From Alistipes shahii (GTDB lineage Bacteria > Bacillota_I > Bacilli_A > RFN20 > CAG-826), in assembly GCA_963598795.1 (NCBI GenBank), contig CAVBUY010000005.1, positions 4,298-68,297 of the forward strand: a DNA stretch of 64,000 nucleotides. The letters run 5' to 3'. The notes under the pieces were generated by a model. The model had not been told where the DNA came from, ran no database searches, and saw only the letters and a program-made list of their open reading frames with translations. Shown here one piece after another: positions 7,156 through 15,018 of the stretch (its first letter is position 1; the number at the start of each line of letters is the position of its first letter). The translations under genes and the position numbers were made by a program.

Positions 7156-9967
7156 TCTTTTTGATAGTCAGGATATTCTTCCCGTCCTCATATTTGTATT
7201 TCATGCCATCCATCGTCTTTTTGACGATATAAATGCCCATTCCGCCTATTTGCCTTTCTTCCAAAGAAACCTTCAAATCCGGGTCAGAATTCTTTATGGG
7301 GTTATAAGGGATGCCTTCGTCTATGAATTTCAGATATACGGCGTTTTTGTCTCGTTTATATTCGAAAATAAGAGTTATCGGGCCTTTTTCTTTTTTATAT
7401 CCGTAGTTAACAATATTAGAAACGATCTCATCCAAAGCGACCTTCAATTGAGTGGCGGCTTTCTTCGGGCAAGATATTTTTTCCAATTCGTTTTCAAGGA
7501 ATAAAGTCATTGGCCCTATGTCTTCTAGGCTGGCTTTCTCAAAGTGAATGCTAGGACTGGACTTCGGCCCATTATATCTAAAAGCCAACATAGTTATGTC
7601 GTCCGACTGTTCTGCATCAGACACAAATCCTTCGAGGTTAGATGAAACCATATCGCAAAGTTTTTTCATATCATCGGCATTGCTTGAATTTAGCGATTCC
7701 ATCAAGCGTTCTTCACCATATTGATTCATATTATGGTCCATGGCCTCCGTTATGCCATCCGTATAAAGGAACACTATGTCTCCCGGTTCCAAAAATATCT
7801 TCTCGGAATGGTAACTAAACCCCTCTATTCCGCCAAGCACAAAGCCTGATTTAGATTTCAAGAATTCGAACTTTCCGGTTTTTTTCTTCATTATAAGCGG
7901 AGGGTTATGCCCAGCGTTTACATATGTCATGACGCCACTTTCCAAATCGATTTGCCCTTGCCACGCCGTCAAGAACATGCCGGCCTCATTTCTGTCGCAC
8001 AAGGCGTTGTTAGACAAAGAGAAAACCTGATCCAATGGATAGTCCGCTTCGGTCATGGTCTTCAAATCGGCCTTGGCCCTCATCATGAACATCGCGGCCG
8101 GTATACCTTTTCCAGAAACGTCTGCAATCACGATGTTGAATTTGCTCTCGTTTCCATAAAAATCGTAGAAATCCCCGCCCACTTCTTTCGCGGTTTTCAT
8201 GGAAGCGTAAATGTCGAATTCTTCCCTTTCGGAAATCTTTTCGGTGATAATGGGTAAGGACGAAGTTTGGACTTGCTTGGCGAATTCCAATTCGTCATCG
8301 ATTCTTTTATTGGCTTCGTCGATGAACTTTTTCATAGCCTCCACCGAACGATTGATATCGTTTGATAGATAAGACATTTCGAGGCTGTTCCTCACCTCAA
8401 AGCTTTGAGACAAATCCCCGTTGGATATCTTATATAATGTCTTATTGACCTTCTTTAATGGCGAGACCACAACTTTTTCTATAAGCCCATAAACCAAGGC
8501 GAAAAGAATGGCGAATATGATTATTTCCATAAAAGTGGAGACATAAAGCGAGACGTTTCTCGAATTCATGGCTTCTTCTATCGGCAATAAGGCCACAATG
8601 TAATAACCTTCACTTATTTGATATTCGCAATATTGGTTTTCATCAAAAAGCTCAGCCTCGAAAAAAGCCCACGCCTCACCCATTTCGCTTATATCTAATT
8701 CGGTTGCCGTTATAGAATCCGGGGAAGAAACAATCTTAAGCTCCCCATCCAAAACGAGCACGCATCCGTTTGTCCCAATATGTCTGTTCTTGGTGACGTT
8801 TTTGACTTGCTCGGCTATGTCTCTTTGCAGTCTTTCGCCGTCATACCCGACTTGGACGAAACCGTCTTTATAAGTAACGCCGGCGAATTTTCTATAAACA
8901 TCGGAATCCGAGCCGATAGGGCCATAAGGTTGAACATAGGAAGTGGCTCCATTTAAAAGGCAAAGGAATTCTTTGGACTGCTCGCTGCTAGCCATATCCC
9001 AGCCAATCAAAGAAGAGTTCGTGCTATTGGTTATTATCCCGTTGGAATCGACGACGTGGATGTCGGTGACGTCCCTTCTTTCTGCGATGCTACTAATTTC
9101 GTATCCCGCAGTCAAATCTTCAACGACATAATTGGCTAAAGATAGGATGTTGGCATCCGACCTATCCTTTATGTCGGCTTCGGTGTCGGAAATGGCCAAT
9201 TCCAACGATGTCTTGGCCTCGCTTTTAGCTAAAGAAGTTTGATAGCTATATACGAATGCCCCGCTAGCGAGAGCCGACACCGTAACTGCTAAAAGGAGCC
9301 ATTGTTGGATTATTTTCGATGTTTTGGTGTCCTTTAACTTCGAAAATATTTTCTCTTTGTTGAGCAATATGAGAATAAAGGATGCTAAAGCCACCGAAAG
9401 CCCATTAGATAAAACCATCGGGAAAGTGGCGACTTTAACTACGGCCATAGCTTCGGCCTGAGAGGAGAAATTAGTGAAGAAGATCATGGCCAGATGGAAG
9501 ACTTCCATGACTATCGCGACCGAAAAAGAAAAGAAAATACCCGGGCGATGGTCTTCTAACATAAATTTTCTAATAAGCCAAGCATAGGCTCCGGCTAATA
9601 TTGTGGAAACGCTGCAAGCTATGCGGGTAAAAGATGAAATACCCCAATAAACGCTTATAAAACGCTCAACCCCTCCGATTGCTCCGGCAATCATTCCGGC
9701 GGGTCCGCCAAATAGCAATCCGGCAGTCAAAACCGCTGCATCCCGGCAATTTATCTGAGCCCCATTGAGGGGAATTCCACATTCCGTCCCGACTATAGCC
9801 AGCCCACCAAATGCCACACCGATGATTATTTGCTTCCATATGTATTTGAGTTTTTTGAATCCCGTGTATTTTTCCAAAACGAAAAAAGCAATTGATAACA
9901 GGGAAGGCAATATGGCCACAATGGCTAGCAAAAGGTAATTCATCGTTTTTTCAATGATATTTTGCAA
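7133..9967 (-). CDS. Membrane sensor with PP2C (SpoIIE-type) phosphatase and a C-terminal RsbW-like HATPase serine-kinase domain
   Basis: 944 aa, with these domains in order:
- N-terminal multi-TM domain resembling 5TMR-LYT (GGPAGMIAGAIGGVERF)
- TM helix, ~240-aa extracytoplasmic Cache-like region, second TM helix
- HAMP-like linker
- PP2C motifs (EVGGDFYDF, IADVSGKGIPAAMFM, LYTDGITEA, SDDITM)
- HATPase_c_2 motifs (DEIVSNIVNYG, IDEGIPYNP, GGMGIYIVKK)

The start is uncertain: TTG 9967 or ATG 9943. Confidence 0.8.
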   Translation of the reverse strand: MQNIIEKTMNYLLLAIVAILPSLLSIAFFVLEKYTGFKKLKYIWKQIIIGVAFGGLAIVGTECGIPLNGAQINCRDAAVLTAGLLFGGPAGMIAGAIGGVERFISVYWGISSFTRIACSVSTILAGAYAWLIRKFMLEDHRPGIFFSFSVAIVMEVFHLAMIFFTNFSSQAEAMAVVKVATFPMVLSNGLSVALASFILILLNKEKIFSKLKDTKTSKIIQQWLLLAVTVSALASGAFVYSYQTSLAKSEAKTSLELAISDTEADIKDRSDANILSLANYVVEDLTAGYEISSIAERRDVTDIHVVDSNGIITNSTNSSLIGWDMASSEQSKEFLCLLNGATSYVQPYGPIGSDSDVYRKFAGVTYKDGFVQVGYDGERLQRDIAEQVKNVTKNRHIGTNGCVLVLDGELKIVSSPDSITATELDISEMGEAWAFFEAELFDENQYCEYQISEGYYIVALLPIEEAMNSRNVSLYVSTFMEIIIFAILFALVYGLIEKVVVSPLKKVNKTLYKISNGDLSQSFEVRNSLEMSYLSNDINRSVEAMKKFIDEANKRIDDELEFAKQVQTSSLPIITEKISEREEFDIYASMKTAKEVGGDFYDFYGNESKFNIVIADVSGKGIPAAMFMMRAKADLKTMTEADYPLDQVFSLSNNALCDRNEAGMFLTAWQGQIDLESGVMTYVNAGHNPPLIMKKKTGKFEFLKSKSGFVLGGIEGFSYHSEKIFLEPGDIVFLYTDGITEAMDHNMNQYGEERLMESLNSSNADDMKKLCDMVSSNLEGFVSDAEQSDDITMLAFRYNGPKSSPSIHFEKASLEDIGPMTLFLENELEKISCPKKAATQLKVALDEIVSNIVNYGYKKEKGPITLIFEYKRDKNAVYLKFIDEGIPYNPIKNSDPDLKVSLEERQIGGMGIYIVKKTMDGMKYKYEDGKNILTIKKNVGKDEK

Positions 9968-10295
9968 AGCAAAAATACCAGTATGATTTTATCATTGGCT
10001 CAAAATGATGAAAAGACGGCTTTAAGAGGGATATGCGGAGTTTTCTAGCAAAATGCACATCTTTAAATACTTGCCATTTCTTCTTTCACAAAATGAATAG
10101 AAAAGTCTTCTCAAAAATGGGCGACAAGCCTTTAAAGTCTTAGAAAGCAAACTGTTAAATAAGACTTTTAATTGCATACTTTTGCCACAAAAATATGCAG
10201 TTAAACTAAGTTAATGAACAAAACGTTCTTTTTTAATCCATTAAAAAACGGTTATAAAAAGGGATGATTCACCTATAAAAAGCCGAAACGCATCT

Positions 10296-10817
10296 TCAAA
10301 AAACTGGAGGTTCGTCGCTATAGCCATAGACTTTATCGTAATCTATTACAACATATAAGGTATCGCCTTTTCCGCTTCCGCCATCTTGCGGGGTCACATT
10401 GACGGTGACGATCATCGGGTCGTCTTTCATTCTGTCGTTATGTCTCTTTAATAGGAAAGCCCCTTGGCTCGCGGCCTTATCTCCGTCCGATAGTCTCATA
10501 TAGTCTTTTGCCTGTTCCGAGATTGTGTAGATGAAACTGCGGTTGGTGGTATTCTGAGGCAAAATCTCCGTCACGAATATATAAGGCATATAATAGGCTT
10601 CCCCATCATATATTTCCTTGTTCGGATCATATTCGATATAGCATTGATGCATACCGGAAGAATTCGTCCAATATTTGCTATTGTCGCTGGGTTTTATGGT
10701 GAGGCTGCTAATATAAACCACCGGGACTATTCCTTGGGGGCGCGTTCCGAAAATCGTGACGAACGCCACTGCGATCAAGCATATTGCGGCAACCAATATC
10801 GATACGCCTTTTTTCAT
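10296..10817 (-). CDS. Hypothetical signal-anchored extracytoplasmic protein
   Basis: 173 aa with an N-terminal hydrophobic helix (ILVAAICLIAVAFVTIF). A 4-nt overlap with the upstream permease gene indicates the same operon. Confidence 0.5.
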   Translation of the reverse strand: MKKGVSILVAAICLIAVAFVTIFGTRPQGIVPVVYISSLTIKPSDNSKYWTNSSGMHQCYIEYDPNKEIYDGEAYYMPYIFVTEILPQNTTNRSFIYTISEQAKDYMRLSDGDKAASQGAFLLKRHNDRMKDDPMIVTVNVTPQDGGSGKGDTLYVVIDYDKVYGYSDEPPVF

Positions 10818-12553
10818 AATGATTCCCCCGTTCTATAAACATATTTGATTTTTCTGACATACAAAACGACATTCAAAGCCAAATAAACAACACCCAAAAT
10901 AAATATTTTCAACCCAGCCGTCGAAGCGACGCTAGAAAGCCATAAAATATGATCTTTGAAATAATAATAATAGAGAACTGAGAACAAGGCCGATGTGGCA
11001 AAAGCCATGATAACCGATCTATTTTCGTTCTTGGCGAAGAAAGAAACGTCCCCGAAACTATTAACGGGGTTGGTGAAATCCAAGCCCGCGCTATAAAGAA
11101 GATGTCCAACGTAAATGAAGATGACGCCTATACCCATCCATATGGTGTTTTCCATGACGCTAGCCCTAATATAGGATAAGGCAATAAAACTGGCCAATAA
11201 GCTCAAACAGCCTATAAAGCCCGGGATTATCAATTTGCTTCCAATCGAAGTCTCGTCTTTCAAAGGATAGGTTCGCGCCAATTTGAAAGCCCCGCCCTCT
11301 TTGCTATAGATTCTGGAAATTACGGCGTTGTTAGAAAGCGATATGAGCAAGGTGATGAGAAGAATGGCTATTTGAACCAAAGATTCTCCACGGCTATTCA
11401 AATCCATGGCCGAGAAGGTTTTGGCTATAAGCGACAATATAAGCGGCAAAGCCATAAAGACGCCGATATAAAGGGAAGATATATCGGAATCCTTGAAGAA
11501 CAATATCGCCTCTTTTTTAAACTGGGAGAAAAACGGAGGCAACGGCTTGTTGTTTTTGTTTTTTTCTTTGTTTTTCTTCTTGGGTTGAAGATCTCCCGTC
11601 CCGCTTGCCAATTTGAGATATAAAGGGCTAGCTAAAGCCAAAGACGCCACAAAGAAGATAACAATCATTCCCAAAACCGCTATCAAGGTATATAGACCCG
11701 CAATTCCAGAACGGCTCATGTAATAGAATCCGAAACCGGTATAGCTTCCAAGATAAATGGTGGAAACCCTATAAAAGAAAGACAAATTGTTCCTATAATA
11801 CGCGAGCCAACTCTGTATTTTGGCAAAGTAGGTTCCCCAATTGGAAAATATGTCTATCTTATTGGGAACTTTGACGATAACGAATATGCAAAATGCCAAA
11901 ACCAGGGCGATAAGAACGAACTTGACCAAAATGTTGGCTAGATTATGGGTTCGCAAATACTTCTTGATGTAATAAGTGGGGACGCTTAATAAAGAAGCGG
12001 CGAATAGCATCGCCAAATCTATCAAAGCCCAAATGACGAAAATGACGAAATACATATAAACCGGATAAGAGCTTACGGCGAAGTATCCGATCAAAAACGG
12101 TATTTCCAATAACAACGAACGACGATAGGTATTCAAATACCTAACGGCCAGTCTAGACAAAAACAACGTATTCCCGTTGGTTGGGAAAGTGAGCAATACC
12201 TTGTTGTCCTCACCAAAATACAATTCGTCGGTCACTTTGGACAAAGACGCTAAGAAAGAAAAAATCAAAAGGATTGTAATGATGATCGACGGCACGTCCA
12301 TTGGCACGAAAGCCAATAAGGAGAATATGTTGAAGCGAATGCAAAAATAGAAGAACACATATGAAAGCGCCGCAACGACCGCGAAAGCCAATACGCTAAG
12401 GACGATTTTTATGATCGCTTTCTTTTTTTCTCTTCTTAGGTCTATGGATGTCGCATTGGAAAAAAGCATCCTGACCAAAATGCGGAATGCCTTCCAATCG
12501 ACGCTAAAAAAGCGACGGAAAGCTAATGTTTTTTCTTTTCCCACGTTTTTCAC
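10814..12553 (-). CDS. Polytopic membrane protein, probable permease partner of the upstream ABC ATPase
   Basis: 579 aa with at least 10 predicted TM helices and one K/N-rich cytoplasmic loop (PKKKNKEKNKNNKP). It has 4-nt overlaps with both flanking genes. Confidence 0.55.
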   Translation of the reverse strand: MKNVGKEKTLAFRRFFSVDWKAFRILVRMLFSNATSIDLRREKKKAIIKIVLSVLAFAVVAALSYVFFYFCIRFNIFSLLAFVPMDVPSIIITILLIFSFLASLSKVTDELYFGEDNKVLLTFPTNGNTLFLSRLAVRYLNTYRRSLLLEIPFLIGYFAVSSYPVYMYFVIFVIWALIDLAMLFAASLLSVPTYYIKKYLRTHNLANILVKFVLIALVLAFCIFVIVKVPNKIDIFSNWGTYFAKIQSWLAYYRNNLSFFYRVSTIYLGSYTGFGFYYMSRSGIAGLYTLIAVLGMIVIFFVASLALASPLYLKLASGTGDLQPKKKNKEKNKNNKPLPPFFSQFKKEAILFFKDSDISSLYIGVFMALPLILSLIAKTFSAMDLNSRGESLVQIAILLITLLISLSNNAVISRIYSKEGGAFKLARTYPLKDETSIGSKLIIPGFIGCLSLLASFIALSYIRASVMENTIWMGIGVIFIYVGHLLYSAGLDFTNPVNSFGDVSFFAKNENRSVIMAFATSALFSVLYYYYFKDHILWLSSVASTAGLKIFILGVVYLALNVVLYVRKIKYVYRTGESL

Positions 12554-15012
12554 GCCACGCCTTTCTCCTTCTTTTCTTCGGCTATAAGGGTATTGGCCTC
12601 TTCTTCGTTATCGCTGGTTAAACGAAGGAATGTCTCTTCCAAAACTTCCCTTTCGTTTGGCTCGGCATCCAAGTCGATGCGCCTTATTAGATCGCCTTTT
12701 TTGATTATCACCACTTCATCGCAAAGGTTTTTGACAACGTCGATGATGTGAGAAGAGAAGAAAACTATGTTGCCTTCTTTGGCATGCTCCCTCATGCATT
12801 CTTTGATTTGGTAGATGGAATTTGGGTCAAGACCGGTCATCGGCTCGTCCAAAATCCATACCTTCGGCTTATGTATCAAGGCGGCGATAATGGTTATCTT
12901 TTGTTTCATGCCGTGGCTATAAGACTTCATCGGCTTATCGTAACGATCGGTGAGTTCGAGGCGTTTTACGAGATTTTCCTCAATCTTTTCTTTTTGTTCT
13001 TTGCTTACATGATACAAGTCGGCGATATATCCGATATATTGCCTGCCGGTCAGATTCTCATATAAGGCATAGTTATCAGGGACGAAACCTATTTCTTTTT
13101 TGGCTTCCAATGGCTCTTCGATGACGTTATGCCCACATACGTCGATTTCTCCTCCTTCAAAGCCGTGTATTCCGACTATGGATTTGATTATCGTGGATTT
13201 GCCGGCCCCGTTTTTGCCTAAGAAACCGTATATTTTTCCTCCGACCAAATCCAAGGAGAAATCCTTGACGGTCAAAAAATCGTTGCCGTGATAACGCTTG
13301 GCTAAGTGAGATATGTGAAGGCTAACTGAATCGCTCATAATCGTTTCCCCTTTCCTTATTGCCAGATAGGCTTTGTGCCTAGATATTGATAATTCCTTGG
13401 CTTTTCTTATAGCCAGCAATTCATCCACCAGCCTAAAAAGCAACTCGTAGACGAACCACATGGCAAAGGCCAATAGGATATATACCACGTAATAGAGGGC
13501 ATCATAGGCCAAATGCAAAGTATATTTAAGTCCGTTTTTCTCAATGACAATGGTAGATCTAAACAATCGCTTGGCCCATTCGCCCAATTTATCGGCGACG
13601 AAAGAACTGTTGATGAAGAAGAAGTCGCTATTTATTCCGTGTGCCGTTAAAACGGTGTTAACGCCCATAACGAAAGCGAAATAAACGAAGAACCCTATTT
13701 GGGAATAGAGGAAATATTTGAATTTTGGGCGTTTATAAATCCCCAACAACATTATCAATACCGGCATGAAGAAGGCATTGAGGTGGTTGATGAAGAAAAC
13801 GATTATTTTGGGATCGAAAACATATAGAGTTTCCGAGAAGTTTGGCATTAGCAAAGCCAAGAAAGCCCCCAAGACATTGACGAAGAACGTGAAATAATAA
13901 AGACCGTAACTCATGAACATCAAAGTTATCGGCATGGTATACATGGCGGTGTTGCATAAATGCAAAGGCCAAGAGGAAAGGCTGCCCCATATATTGAATC
14001 TATTAATCGATATATAGCCGATGAACGTCCCTAGTGAAATCTGAAGCAAAACGCCCCTTCTTTCCTCTTTGCTCATCGGATATAACAAGCGGAAATAAAC
14101 GATTGGCAATATGAAAGCCAAATACAAATAGATGCGGTGAGAAAGATTGCTCGGGCCTTTGGGGTTGGTGAGGTTGAATCCCCCTATTGATATGCTCTTC
14201 CCGAAAAGCAAAGCAGGGGAATAAGAACTGGCCATCGTTAAAAGCAAAGGAATCAAAATGGCGAAGAATTTGCGTACATCTTTCTTATTCAGCTTATATT
14301 TCCCATCCTCAAAGAAACTATGGAAGTAATAAAAATCTATAATGGCCAGCTCAAAAGCCATTAATATCGAACGATAGGAAATTGCTTCGGTTCCAACAAT
14401 CCCTTTTAAAACTATAGGAAAGGCAAGCGTTATCAAAAAAGCTATCGGGGCGCCTATGTATCTTTTCGCCATGACCGCCGATTCGTTTAAATAGAACGCC
14501 GAGACTAGGCTAAGGATAACCACCGCCACCCAAAGATCGTTGGCAAGTGTCCCAATCACCGATTCGTATTTGGCTAGCAAATATGGATCGAGATTGAGCA
14601 TTAGCAACTGGCTTTCCAAATGCAAAATGTCGTAATAGGAAAATGAGCCAGAGGAACCGTATTTGTCCACATACGAATATGTGCCTTGGAAAAAATAAAA
14701 CCGACCAAAGAAAATCAGGCATAAGAGAATGGAAAGGCAAGACAATATGAATTTGTATCTTCCTTCTTTGGTTGCTAGCTTAGCGCTCATTTTGGTTAAG
14801 AATTTCCACTTATGAGGTTTAGCCTGACAGTCTTTTAAGAAATGCTTGAGCAAGAAAAACGCCCCAATTAGAGCCAAAAGCAGAAGAACGAATGGCAAAT
14901 AGTTCAGAGCGTATTCCCTGTGGCTTATAAACGATAGGCCAAAAGATAAGGCTATAACGAGAAAAAGGCCCGCAAAAAGGCAATAGCGTTTTTTTAGGAC
15001 CTTATTCTTCAT
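12550..15012 (-). CDS. Fusion protein: ~560-aa polytopic membrane domain (YwaF/TIGR02206/TMEM164-like?) plus a C-terminal ABC ATPase domain
   Basis: 820 aa. The C-terminal ~250 aa carry Walker A (GKNGAGKST), a degenerate signature (YSHGMKQK), Walker B (VWILDEP) and an H-loop (SSH). The N-terminal domain contains WPLHLCNTAMY and FFINHLNAFFMP, which I recall from the YwaF/TMEM164 family. There is no stop between the two domains. Confidence 0.7.
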   Translation of the reverse strand: MKNKVLKKRYCLFAGLFLVIALSFGLSFISHREYALNYLPFVLLLLALIGAFFLLKHFLKDCQAKPHKWKFLTKMSAKLATKEGRYKFILSCLSILLCLIFFGRFYFFQGTYSYVDKYGSSGSFSYYDILHLESQLLMLNLDPYLLAKYESVIGTLANDLWVAVVILSLVSAFYLNESAVMAKRYIGAPIAFLITLAFPIVLKGIVGTEAISYRSILMAFELAIIDFYYFHSFFEDGKYKLNKKDVRKFFAILIPLLLTMASSYSPALLFGKSISIGGFNLTNPKGPSNLSHRIYLYLAFILPIVYFRLLYPMSKEERRGVLLQISLGTFIGYISINRFNIWGSLSSWPLHLCNTAMYTMPITLMFMSYGLYYFTFFVNVLGAFLALLMPNFSETLYVFDPKIIVFFINHLNAFFMPVLIMLLGIYKRPKFKYFLYSQIGFFVYFAFVMGVNTVLTAHGINSDFFFINSSFVADKLGEWAKRLFRSTIVIEKNGLKYTLHLAYDALYYVVYILLAFAMWFVYELLFRLVDELLAIRKAKELSISRHKAYLAIRKGETIMSDSVSLHISHLAKRYHGNDFLTVKDFSLDLVGGKIYGFLGKNGAGKSTIIKSIVGIHGFEGGEIDVCGHNVIEEPLEAKKEIGFVPDNYALYENLTGRQYIGYIADLYHVSKEQKEKIEENLVKRLELTDRYDKPMKSYSHGMKQKITIIAALIHKPKVWILDEPMTGLDPNSIYQIKECMREHAKEGNIVFFSSHIIDVVKNLCDEVVIIKKGDLIRRIDLDAEPNEREVLEETFLRLTSDNEEEANTLIAEEKKEKGVA

Positions 15013-15018
15013 AAAAGA

